A DNA stretch of 64,000 nt, taken from the IMG/VR virus record IMGVR_UViG_3300038386_000109. One strand, 5' to 3'. The translations under genes were made by a program, and so were the position numbers. The notes beneath the pieces are model-generated. The model was given only the letters and a program-made list of their open reading frames with translations, had not been told where the DNA came from and made no database searches. Source of the stretch: a virus. Positions 9,165 to 18,040 of the stretch are shown one piece after another (positions within the stretch are counted from its first letter, which is position 1; the number at the start of each line of letters is the position of its first letter).

Positions 9165-10679
9165 TCAGCGGTTAACAGTTACTGCGACATTGACGCTGTG
9201 GATCGCGCCAGCGAGCTTCGCCGCGACTTGAATTGGCACCGATTTGCGCTGCTCGCGATCCGCGGGCGCCTGCGTCGCCACCAACGGGGCGTAGACATAG
9301 TAACCCAAAGTGAGCGTGTCCCCCTGATTGAGCTGGCCGAAGCCGGCGACATTCCAGACACCAGGCGCGACCCACCCGTTGTTGACCGCCGCGTCGCACG
9401 ACTTGTTGATCGTGTTGACGATCTGGTGCGTACCTGCGTCGGTCTGCGGGATTTTCGTCGGCGACTGGTAGAGCAGATTGTAAACGTCAGTCTGAATGCG
9501 GTTCTGGAACCAGTCGGCGCCGACGCGCTCGTCGATGTAGTAACCGCCCGACATCACGCCTTCCTGGATGATAGCGGTATCGTTCTGGTATTCGACGAAG
9601 ACGTTGCAGTTCTTGTCCTTCAACGTCTGCGCCCAGGTCTCCGTAAGGTACTCGGCGACGACGCCAGGCTCCTGCTTGAACTTCAGGGTGATCGTCGTGT
9701 TGTTCGCCTCGTAATTCACGGTGGACTGGCGGGCCCACAGCGAGAACGCAGCGTACTGATTCGTCGAAGAATACTGAATGAAGGTGCGATTATACCCGCC
9801 GGCCTTCAGCTCGGACGCCAAGTCGGCCTGGATCGTATCGTCAAGCGTACCTGTTTCCTGCGTCGTGATACCGAGGATTCGGCTATTAAATGCACTGCCA
9901 GCTGCCTCGATGTAGGCTGCCGCATTCAGATAATCAGCATCGGCTGGGGCATTGGTCGCAGCGACAAGCACCGCGTACCACTTCGAGGAGATATCGACCA
10001 GCGTCTGCAGACAATCGACAAGGCTCTCGGCGAGCACGCCAACGATCGGGGCGGGCGTGTTGACGGTATTGGTGAATCCGAAAATGCCGGACACATCAGT
10101 TCCGGCCGGCGGGCTAACAGCCGTAGCGTAACCGACCGTCGACGCAACGCCCGTCGTCGGACTGGTGATCGTGAAGCGCTCCTGCTCGAGGTCCCACTTC
10201 ACGGTCGAGCCTGAGACTGCGGCAGCGACGCCGGTCTGCAGTACGGAGGCGACACCATTCAGATTGAGCGCACCAGTGAAATCCAAACCCGTGATGTCGT
10301 GACCGGTCCCGTTAATGACCACATGCATCGAACCATTGGAGATTCCTGTGAAGTTCGACATGATCTGCTGCACGGGCGGTAGAATAGCGCCGTGCAGCTC
10401 GCCATGCGTCGGCGTGCTGGCCCAGCGTCCGATGTATAGGATGCTGTTTTCAGGCTCCTGCGAGAAGAATATCTCGGCCGCCAGGAATTCCGGCGATGTG
10501 GACGAGAAGTCCTCGCCGACCTGCACCATCTCGGAATATTGGCGGATGCGCTCGTTGGTGTCGATGACGTCGCTGTCACCGAGAAGAAGCGTGGCGCCAA
10601 AATTACGATACGCAGCCGCGAGGGGGCTGAGATTGACTGTGACGTTGACGACGTCGCTGAGACTTAGTCCCTTGGGCAT
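9165..10679 (-). CDS. Tail sheath protein (DUF3383 family)
   Basis: 504 aa; LSLSDVVNVTVNLSP...LKFKQEPGV...GADWFQNRIQTDVYNLL...KIPQTDAG...AGAIHSVNVAVTVNR. Confidence 0.9.
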   Translation of the reverse strand: MPKGLSLSDVVNVTVNLSPLAAAYRNFGATLLLGDSDVIDTNERIRQYSEMVQVGEDFSSTSPEFLAAEIFFSQEPENSILYIGRWASTPTHGELHGAILPPVQQIMSNFTGISNGSMHVVINGTGHDITGLDFTGALNLNGVASVLQTGVAAAVSGSTVKWDLEQERFTITSPTTGVASTVGYATAVSPPAGTDVSGIFGFTNTVNTPAPIVGVLAESLVDCLQTLVDISSKWYAVLVAATNAPADADYLNAAAYIEAAGSAFNSRILGITTQETGTLDDTIQADLASELKAGGYNRTFIQYSSTNQYAAFSLWARQSTVNYEANNTTITLKFKQEPGVVAEYLTETWAQTLKDKNCNVFVEYQNDTAIIQEGVMSGGYYIDERVGADWFQNRIQTDVYNLLYQSPTKIPQTDAGTHQIVNTINKSCDAAVNNGWVAPGVWNVAGFGQLNQGDTLTLGYYVYAPLVATQAPADREQRKSVPIQVAAKLAGAIHSVNVAVTVNR

Positions 10680-10695
10680 GAACAGCGCTCCTTTT

Positions 10696-11346
10696 TCACG
10701 GCGTTCTCACGTTCGCCGTATCGAAAGGCTCCGTCCCCCGCGCTTCGCCTTCTACACTTCCTTGATCCGTCACAATCGTGCCGACACCCTCTAGCAGGTT
10801 TTCGACACCGTAGACACGGAGAATTACACGACGGACGCGGAAAGTTAAGTCCACGCGGTTCCGCCAGACATTATTTATTAATTCCGGGACGTGACGAGCC
10901 GTATCGGCGTTGACGAACGCCATCCCGGCAAGAATAAGCTGCTCTCGATTTTGAGCGATGTAGAGACCGTCTCTGAATAAATTAGCGAGGCGGCGTGCAT
11001 TTGGCCCATAAAAAGAAGCCATAAGTTCGAGAACGACATGGCGCTGCTCCTCGTCGAAACCGTCTCCGGTATCGTCGTAATAATTGGCAGGCGTCCCTTT
11101 GAAGTGCTGGACCTGCGCGTTCCCGTCGGGAATTTCGTCGATGACGCCGATCGCAACCCAGTCGACATTTACGGGCGGCTCCGGCTGCGGTACCGGTAGC
11201 CACCGCGGGCGCACGTACTGACCGGATATGCCGCTGATCCCGCGCACGACGCCCTGAAAAAATTCGTCTAGGTTCAGGTCGTCAGTGACCTGCGAGAACG
11301 GCTGAAGATATCCACCAGTCGAACTATTCGGCGTCGGGTAGGTCAT
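10696..11346 (-). CDS. Tail terminator/neck protein
   Basis: GISGQYVRPRWLPVPQPEP...SFYGPNA...LFRDGLYIAQNRE; precedes sheath. Confidence 0.7.
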   Translation of the reverse strand: MTYPTPNSSTGGYLQPFSQVTDDLNLDEFFQGVVRGISGISGQYVRPRWLPVPQPEPPVNVDWVAIGVIDEIPDGNAQVQHFKGTPANYYDDTGDGFDEEQRHVVLELMASFYGPNARRLANLFRDGLYIAQNREQLILAGMAFVNADTARHVPELINNVWRNRVDLTFRVRRVILRVYGVENLLEGVGTIVTDQGSVEGEARGTEPFDTANVRTP

Positions 11347-11732
11347 ATCGGGCCCCCCGGCGGATTGACGCCCGTCAACGTCGCCGTCGCCTGCACGAAA
11401 CCAGACCCGTAACCAGACCAGTCGCTGACGTTCACGACCGTGTAGGTTCCGCCATGCCAGACGACACGGTCAGCCTGGTAGCCAACCCCGGAGCCGGTCT
11501 GCAGACGGAAGCGTGTGATGATGGTGATAGTGCCCTGCTGGAACGAGCCTTCAGGCAGGAGCTGCAGCGTCCCCGACGACGCCGGGGCAACCACTCCGGC
11601 AACGCTATTGAAGGTGGTATCCTGCTCGAACGGTACGCCGGTGTCCTGCGCGAGCACGCCCGGCCGCACGACATCAAAGAAGTCCGAGAAATCGGCGTCG
11701 TCGAGAACGTCGGAGACATCCTGAAGAGGCAT
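11343..11732 (-). CDS. Head-closure / head-tail connector protein
   Basis: DVSDVLDDADFSDFF...LQLLPEG...ADRVVWHGGTYTVV; synteny. Confidence 0.65.
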   Translation of the reverse strand: MPLQDVSDVLDDADFSDFFDVVRPGVLAQDTGVPFEQDTTFNSVAGVVAPASSGTLQLLPEGSFQQGTITIITRFRLQTGSGVGYQADRVVWHGGTYTVVNVSDWSGYGSGFVQATATLTGVNPPGGPI

Positions 11733-11733
11733 G

Positions 11734-12213
11734 TCATGCCTCCTTGGGACGGATCACATACGTGATCGAGTTGATCAGTGATCCCGTAACCACAAGCGGC
11801 TTCTCAGAAAAGAAACCCTTGCGGCGGCGCGCCGCGATGGTCGCAGGCTTGAGCGGTGTAAAACTACCACTCGTGATCATTTTTTTTGCCGCGGTCATCC
11901 CGATGAGACCGGCGGAATTCAGCGCGACGTCGCCGGCCTTCTCGTCGCCATCGAGCGCCGCGTCAGCGCCCTTGCGGAATGCCGCCTCGATCTGCGCCTG
12001 CGCAGAGCGGATGCCTGGATGCAAAAAAGGGCGGGGAGGGATATTGCGGGCCGGACTACCAAACTCATGCACATACCCAAGCAGTGCGTTGGGTGGGCCA
12101 TCATTGGGCCGATCAGCGCCAGCTGGAATGCCTACGAGCACCTCTTTCTTCGTGAGGTTCTCGACGGCCTTCAGCATTTCGGGGATGCGGTCGGTCTTGA
12201 CCGAGATGGCCAT
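11734..12213 (-). CDS. Neck/tail completion protein (HK97 gp10-like)
   Basis: VLVGIP...YVHEFGSPARNIPPRPFL...KPLVVTGSLINSITY. Confidence 0.75.
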   Translation of the reverse strand: MAISVKTDRIPEMLKAVENLTKKEVLVGIPAGADRPNDGPPNALLGYVHEFGSPARNIPPRPFLHPGIRSAQAQIEAAFRKGADAALDGDEKAGDVALNSAGLIGMTAAKKMITSGSFTPLKPATIAARRRKGFFSEKPLVVTGSLINSITYVIRPKEA

Positions 12214-12669
12214 CTACCACCGCCTTACCGGATCGTATCCGGCAATGCCTGCAAGCCTGTCAGAAGGCCATGCATTGAGCCGCGTGCGAGGCCTTATGTA
12301 GACCCCACCCGCCGCCGTAGCCCTCATCAGCGCCCACAGGCGCTGGCCGTACGTGGTATTGTTGTACTGACCGGCGCGCGGGTCGACCGAGAACGTGCCC
12401 ATGGTCTTCGAAACAGGCCCGACAGCCTTCGAGATTACAGGCCCGATCGACTGGCCGGGTACGCCGCCATTTGCGACGGCCTGCTGATTCTGGATCGAGC
12501 CGGCGACGAAGTGTGCAGCGAAGAGCATCACCGCGAGATCGTACTGGTTGCCGAGAAGACGCGCGTTAAGAGTCGCCACCCCCTGCATCAGCCAAAAGCT
12601 GACCTGAGCATCGGCGTTACTGGCGAACTCGGGGAACGCCTCTTTGAATGTGGCGACATCAACGGTCAT
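12214..12669 (-). CDS. Head-tail adaptor (DUF4054 family)
   Basis: FKEAFPEF...MLFAAHF...VGPVS...TTYGQRLWAL. Confidence 0.8.
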   Translation of the reverse strand: MTVDVATFKEAFPEFASNADAQVSFWLMQGVATLNARLLGNQYDLAVMLFAAHFVAGSIQNQQAVANGGVPGQSIGPVISKAVGPVSKTMGTFSVDPRAGQYNNTTYGQRLWALMRATAAGGVYIRPRTRLNAWPSDRLAGIAGYDPVRRW

Positions 12670-13154
12670 GCGCTCTTGCGATCAGCGGGCTCGATTGCCG
12701 GCGTACCGTCGACCTTGCGCGGGAAGCGAGGGTCCTTCGGACGGCCGATGCCATTGTTGAAGACAACGGTCGGGTCGAGCGGATCGTGGCCCTTGTAGCG
12801 CTGCTCACCCTGCAGCTCTTTCGCCACTTCTTTGACCGTCGGCTCGCTCGCGCCAAACACAATCTTGTTCTTGACCAGCGGGTTTTCCTTATTTTGGTGC
12901 ACCCACTTTTCGTAGAGCGCCTTATCGACGCCGTGCGTCAGGCCGTGGCGCGCAGTCATCGCGCGCGGCGAGTCGCGCTCTTCGCGCGGGATGATGTCCC
13001 AGTAGCCGTTGAGCTTGATGCGATCAACTTCGACGGATCGCTTCACCATCTTCGAGCCGCCGCCCTGCATGGGCTCCGGCACCTCAGTCCAATCGAAAAT
13101 GCGCAGCACGAGGCCATTAGGCCTAGCGCATGCGACCGTAATTGTGTCTCCCAT
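12666..13154 (-). CDS. Conserved virion-associated hypothetical protein
   Basis: ITVACARPNGLVL...GLTHGVDKALYEKW...LVKNKIVF; directly after capsid gene. Confidence 0.6.
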   Translation of the reverse strand: MGDTITVACARPNGLVLRIFDWTEVPEPMQGGGSKMVKRSVEVDRIKLNGYWDIIPREERDSPRAMTARHGLTHGVDKALYEKWVHQNKENPLVKNKIVFGASEPTVKEVAKELQGEQRYKGHDPLDPTVVFNNGIGRPKDPRFPRKVDGTPAIEPADRKSA

Positions 13155-13205
13155 AAAGGCGATCCCCTAGTCGCGGACGCTGCGGGGGCAGCGCCCTCAA
13201 TTCCC

Positions 13206-14300
13206 TTAGATACCGACCATCGTCGCGACGGCCACCGGGTACTTGAAGACCGCGCCCCAGGTCCCGCCCGAAACTTTCTGCTTGAAGCTAGACATATCCG
13301 GCACGAGGGGATGCTGGCGCATCTTCTCGTTATAGGCGGCAAACCCGGTCTGCTGGCCCTGGATGGTCTTCGCGAACAGCATCAAGAATTCGCCGCCCGG
13401 ATGACCGTGCGGGTTCAGAGACGACTGCGCGCCGAACTCCGGCACCGTGACGATCGTGATGTTCGGGAAGTTTTTCTTCAGCAGGTCCTGGACGCTAACG
13501 CCAAACGAGTTGGTGATCGTCAGCGCGGTTTCGGCAAACGACGACATGACGAGCACCAGCGGGGTGTCGGTGTCGACGGCGCCAATCGTCTGCGCAACGA
13601 GCTGCGTATAGAGCGCCTGGATGTCGGCGTACACTTCGTTTGCGGTAGCCTGCGGAATACCACCGTATAGCCACGAGGTGTGCGTGGCGTTTCCGTAAGC
13701 CTTCAGGCCAGCCTGGATGGAAGCCTGCAGTCCTGGGTCGTTCAGGATGCCGTACGTCTGCATGCCGGCGACGCCGAACAGGTACGACAAATTCATAAAG
13801 CGATTCATGACGTCGGCCGCTGCCGCGTCCTGCTCCGCAACCCAGTTGATCTTTGCGAGCGCAGCGCGCGCCACCTGACGCTCGCCGTACTGCTTCACGG
13901 TCTGGAAGTAGTAGGCCTGGCGGGTTGTCCAACCTTCGTTGACCGACACGTTGCCATTGTTGTTCCAGTCGCCATAGCTGGAGACCTCGCCCGCGTGCTC
14001 GAGGATCGAGAAGATGGTGGTATCCATCGTCCAGTCGCCGCGCTTCTCTTCGCCGAGAATCTGAGCCGCCTTTGTGGGCGCCATCAGAATACGGATGACG
14101 TTCGGATCGATGAAGGTCGTGAACCACGCCGGTACGCCGTTGGTCGGTGGCGCGAACAGCTGCGGCTGCGCGTCCATGACCGGCTGATCATTGACCAAGC
14201 CCTCGGGCATGTAGGCCCTAACCTGCGGCAGCACGATGCCGAGCTGCTCTAAGTGCGCCCGGTCAGCGGCGAAGGACGCCTGCAATTCTTGGAAGTTCAT
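13206..14300 (-). CDS. Major capsid protein (DUF2184 family)
   Basis: 364 aa; KRGDW...GEVSSYGD...YLFGVAG...YGILNDP...FKQKVSGGTWGAVFKYP. Confidence 0.9.
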   Translation of the reverse strand: MNFQELQASFAADRAHLEQLGIVLPQVRAYMPEGLVNDQPVMDAQPQLFAPPTNGVPAWFTTFIDPNVIRILMAPTKAAQILGEEKRGDWTMDTTIFSILEHAGEVSSYGDWNNNGNVSVNEGWTTRQAYYFQTVKQYGERQVARAALAKINWVAEQDAAAADVMNRFMNLSYLFGVAGMQTYGILNDPGLQASIQAGLKAYGNATHTSWLYGGIPQATANEVYADIQALYTQLVAQTIGAVDTDTPLVLVMSSFAETALTITNSFGVSVQDLLKKNFPNITIVTVPEFGAQSSLNPHGHPGGEFLMLFAKTIQGQQTGFAAYNEKMRQHPLVPDMSSFKQKVSGGTWGAVFKYPVAVATMVGI

Positions 14301-14341
14301 CGCGGTACTCCGTTAAGGGGTTGGGCGTCCTAAGCCTCCGA

Positions 14342-15307
14342 TCAGCCAAGTGCCTGATCAGAAATTTTCACCAGTTCCCCCGGAGCGGCCGAACTAACGG
14401 CCCACCATTTCGTCTCGACACTGCCGCCCATGGTGAGCGTGGTCGAAGACACGACGGTGTTATTGTCGACGATGTACGTGCCGGTCCCACCCGTGCCCGT
14501 ACCAAACGCACGGACGCGCGTACCAGCTACGACGCCAGAGCCGGAAATCATGTCGCCTACGGTAAGTGCTCCAGAACCAACAGCAGAAACCGTCAGCACG
14601 CCGTAAGCCGCAGTGATGGTCGTAGCGGCGACCGTCTGCTCACCGATCGACAGAGCGTAAGTGCCGACGCCGCCCGTCGTGCCGGATAGTTGATCGGTGA
14701 TCTGCGTGTTGGCCGCGACACCGGTGCCGGAGAGCGTCGCACCAGGAACCAACGTGCCTGAGCCTACGGCGCTGACTGTCAACACGTTGTCGGCGATCGA
14801 ACCGGTAACAGAGGCAGAGCCTGCGGCGACCGAGCCCGTGACAGACGCGCCGCCTGCACCAGTTCCGCCGGGGACCCCGAAACTGACAGTTCCGTCAGCA
14901 TAGTTCGCGAAGGCCTTCATACCGACAAGCGCTTGCGCGGCGCCAGCATTCCTGACCCAGAAATCGCCCCTGCTCATCAAGGTGACTTCCTTGCCGGGCA
15001 GAATGCGCATCAGGTCATTGGGGATGGCGCCAGAACCGGGCGGCCAGCTGAGAATTGTGCCCTGCATGTCGCGATGCGCGAAGCCGGCGACAGGGCCGTA
15101 GCCGAAATTATTGGCAATCGCCGGAGCCTCGTCGGTGTCGACAACTGATGGGTCAACCCAGGCGAATCGGCCAACGACGAGACCACTGGAACCCGCAACG
15201 AGACCGCCGGGGCCGGCAACTACTGACGCCCACGGATTGGCGGAGCAAAAGTCGCCTTCAATGCCGGGAGCCGGACCGGACCGGAATGCAGTTTGGAACC
15301 CAACCAT
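14342..15307 (-). CDS. Head decoration/cement protein
   Basis: GFQT...[14 protein letters not shown]...[11 protein letters not shown]; duplicated LTVSAVGSG...G.GG.GTY modules; precedes capsid. Confidence 0.7.
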   Translation of the reverse strand: MVGFQTAFRSGPAPGIEGDFCSANPWASVVAGPGGLVAGSSGLVVGRFAWVDPSVVDTDEAPAIANNFGYGPVAGFAHRDMQGTILSWPPGSGAIPNDLMRILPGKEVTLMSRGDFWVRNAGAAQALVGMKAFANYADGTVSFGVPGGTGAGGASVTGSVAAGSASVTGSIADNVLTVSAVGSGTLVPGATLSGTGVAANTQITDQLSGTTGGVGTYALSIGEQTVAATTITAAYGVLTVSAVGSGALTVGDMISGSGVVAGTRVRAFGTGTGGTGTYIVDNNTVVSSTTLTMGGSVETKWWAVSSAAPGELVKISDQALG

Positions 15308-15351
15308 ATCTTTCTCCTACGTCTCGATCTTTCGGTCCCCGGAGGTCGTGA

Positions 15352-16689
15352 TCAGGCGGCGCTGACGCGGATTTTTGCTGCGTTCGGATAGCGTTCGAGG
15401 AAGCTCTTCTTCTGGCCAGCATCGAACGTCTGCCGATGCTGCTCGCGCTCGGCGCGCTGCGCCTCGTCGGCGGCCTTCGGCTGCATTTCGAGGATCGTGC
15501 GGTAAGCGCTCGGATGAATTTTCTCTGCCTCCTTCACACCCTTGATCTTCAGGGCGGCGAGGTAGACGGAGTCGGCATTGACGAACTTCGTGTCCATGTC
15601 GCCGACATACGGACGGCAGACGCGGCGAGCTTCGTCGATCGCCATAGCACGCTCGACAGCGGAGGCCTCGGCCGCGGCTATTGCAGCGTCCATAGCTTCC
15701 TTGGTGACGGTGTCCTTGGCGCCTTCGGAGCGCGCGGCAGCGAGAGCGGCGAGGCGCTTTTTCTTCTCTTCCTCAGTCTCATCGTAGTCGTCGGGGTCCG
15801 GGTCGGCGTCCTTGGCCTTCGCATCGACCGGGAGAACGGCGCTGAGCGCGTCGAGCACGGGAACGATGTCGTCGAGCGATGCGCCGGCATTGAGCTTGCC
15901 GTCGCAGGCGATCTTCAAACCCTCGAAGATATCGGTCTTCTTCGAATCGAAATTGGTCGCGGTCACATCCTTCAGGATCGGGATGAGGTCGACCTTCGAG
16001 TCCTTCGCTACTTTTTGGAAAAGCGAGGCCATGAGCGCGCCCTGAACGAGTGCGGCCTTACGGGAGAGAGCGGTCGGCATTGTGAAACACTCCATGCTGA
16101 TTTTCGGGATACCGTCGGCCACATGAACGTCGGGTCCTGCCCGACCTTCCTCTACGATCGCGACATGGTTTCCGCCGATGTCACGCATGATGCCGTCGTA
16201 AGCGCGGCCCTCGTACGTGCCTGGCGTCATGTCGGCGACGTAGCGGTACCCGCAGGACAATTCCTTCTGCTTGTCGCTCGTGATCGCCTTGATTGCGCGA
16301 CCGGGCCACACATGCAGATTGGCCTTCAGGTAGGGGTGCTCGTAACGAACATCGCTGATCGACCCGATGGTCAGATCATAAGCGTGATCGTTTGCGTGAA
16401 CTGGCTTGTGGTGGAAGAGAAGAGGTTTGCCGTCGAACGTGCTAGCGGCCCGAGAAAGCTCGTCGGGGTGGCGCAGCATCATGTAGGTCTTGGTGGGCTC
16501 CAGCCCGAGCTTCTGCCAGTTCGGGACTTCGCGGCCGTAATATGGGTTGACGGTGGCCTTGGAAATATTGGTGTCGACCACATGCATATGACCGTCATCG
16601 TCAATGCGACGAGCGGATGCGCGGTCGAATATAAGTTCTTGGCTGACTGCCTCCCCCGACGACAGCCGCTGTCGAGCGACTGCTGTCAT
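15352..16689 (-). CDS. Prohead protease/scaffold (DUF2213 family)
   Basis: NISKATVNPYYGRE...ELSCGY...TPGTYEG..YDGIMRDI.GNHVAIVEEGRAG. Confidence 0.9.
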   Translation of the reverse strand: MTAVARQRLSSGEAVSQELIFDRASARRIDDDGHMHVVDTNISKATVNPYYGREVPNWQKLGLEPTKTYMMLRHPDELSRAASTFDGKPLLFHHKPVHANDHAYDLTIGSISDVRYEHPYLKANLHVWPGRAIKAITSDKQKELSCGYRYVADMTPGTYEGRAYDGIMRDIGGNHVAIVEEGRAGPDVHVADGIPKISMECFTMPTALSRKAALVQGALMASLFQKVAKDSKVDLIPILKDVTATNFDSKKTDIFEGLKIACDGKLNAGASLDDIVPVLDALSAVLPVDAKAKDADPDPDDYDETEEEKKKRLAALAAARSEGAKDTVTKEAMDAAIAAAEASAVERAMAIDEARRVCRPYVGDMDTKFVNADSVYLAALKIKGVKEAEKIHPSAYRTILEMQPKAADEAQRAEREQHRQTFDAGQKKSFLERYPNAAKIRVSAA

Positions 16690-16737
16690 AGCGAAAACAA
16701 TTACAGCGGTTCCGTTAGACTTTCAAGCCCCGAGATT

Positions 16738-17469
16738 TTAGTCGATGCCGGGAATAATAGGCTCCGCAAAACATCGGCACCGGTAAATACATCCTGGGTG
16801 CGCACGGGCTCCTGTCCTCGCATCGGCTACAGGTGGACTTGCCCAGGCAAATACCTGACCATCTAGTTCTCGATGGAGGGGCCTTACATGATTATCGTGG
16901 ACGGACCGCCACACATATTGCGTAGAGCCGACATGCTCAGCGCGGACCTGCGTGATCGTCGTCATCGCGCGGCTCGTCTCAGTCTGCGCAATAAGCTCAG
17001 CCCGGCTGCGGACCACCTTGCCCGTCCGCATTATTTCCTCGACGAGAGACGCTGGCCTCTCGCCCGACACGAAACCCTGAAGCGCCAATTTTTGCACACG
17101 CGACGCGGCGTCTTTCGGCATCGACGTTATCAGGTCCACCTGGGACCGGATTAAATCCTGGATCGCCGCACCAGTCGGCGCCGTATCAATTTCCTGATGC
17201 AGGTTCCGGGAAATTTCCTGAGAAATATTCCACCAGCTTTTTCTATTTCGAGCGGCCACCTCAGTGGTCATGCGGGTCGCAACCGACGCCGCCCATGGCC
17301 CAAGAATTTCGGCGTACCGGTACAGGGCATCCTGAATTTTCTGGTAGTCGAGGACAGGGTCGAAGCCTTGAATTAGGTCGGCTATGTGCCGGGCAACCTT
17401 GCGCAGCTTTGCTGCATATTGCCGCTCGGCAGTGCGAGCCCTTACCCATTCAGCCCTAGGCGACGGCAC
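16738..17469 (-). CDS. Head morphogenesis protein (Mu gpF / SPP1 gp7-like)
   Basis: RAELIAQTET...YVWRSVHDNHVRPLHRELDG...HPGCIYRCRCFAEP. Confidence 0.9.
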   Translation of the reverse strand: MPSPRAEWVRARTAERQYAAKLRKVARHIADLIQGFDPVLDYQKIQDALYRYAEILGPWAASVATRMTTEVAARNRKSWWNISQEISRNLHQEIDTAPTGAAIQDLIRSQVDLITSMPKDAASRVQKLALQGFVSGERPASLVEEIMRTGKVVRSRAELIAQTETSRAMTTITQVRAEHVGSTQYVWRSVHDNHVRPLHRELDGQVFAWASPPVADARTGARAHPGCIYRCRCFAEPIIPGID

Positions 17470-17473
17470 GTCG

Positions 17474-17707
17474 TCAGTCGAACATCTTCCGCCACCACGG
17501 GCGGGTAGCCTGCTCGAGCGCGTACAAACGATTATCGTGCTGCATGAGCTTCTGATCGTGGCTGAGCAGCATAGCGCGCTTCTTGCGCTCGGTCAGCCGT
17601 GGGCCACGCGGCTTTTTCCCCGCAGACCCTTGGGTTGGAGTCGAGCCGGTAGGCGCAGGACCAGAGACCGACCGTCCAGAACCTCTCTTCGGTTTCATCC
17701 TTTTCAC
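17474..17707 (-). CDS. Hypothetical protein
   Basis: 77-aa ORF in operon orientation, overlapping upstream stop. Confidence 0.5.
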   Translation of the reverse strand: MKRMKPKRGSGRSVSGPAPTGSTPTQGSAGKKPRGPRLTERKKRAMLLSHDQKLMQHDNRLYALEQATRPWWRKMFD

Positions 17708-18027
17708 TCCGCTCGTTGCTGCCTATCCCCGCCGCTCGCCACAAAATCCATAATAGCCGCGTGTCTCCGCATGTGGCGCTCGCGCAGCTCATCCTGATGA
17801 CGCTGGATATCTGGATGCCGCTCAATGGCGACGGGGTCGTCTGCCTTTACATTGGCGTAAGTACGAGGAGGCTCGTCGAGCTTTGTAACTTGCGAGCGCG
17901 CTACCAGAATCATCCTGGCGATCTCTTGGGGGTCTGTAATACCATGCTCCTCCGCCTGCCCGATCGCCTGCTGGGTGGCCTTACTGTATGCGGCGTTAAA
18001 ATCTTCCGCAGTTTTGTACTCTGGCAT
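17704..18027 (-). CDS. Hypothetical protein
   Basis: Start moved to MPEYKTAE with AGGGAG RBS. Confidence 0.55.
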   Translation of the reverse strand: MPEYKTAEDFNAAYSKATQQAIGQAEEHGITDPQEIARMILVARSQVTKLDEPPRTYANVKADDPVAIERHPDIQRHQDELRERHMRRHAAIMDFVASGGDRQQRAE

Positions 18028-18040
18028 TGGTGGTCTCCCT

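Noticed and set aside
15436-16866. Long + strand ORFs opposite structural genes (e.g. 15436-16866, 9198-10214, 12648-13670)
   Set aside because: Antisense shadows of high-GC genes with no recognisable motifs
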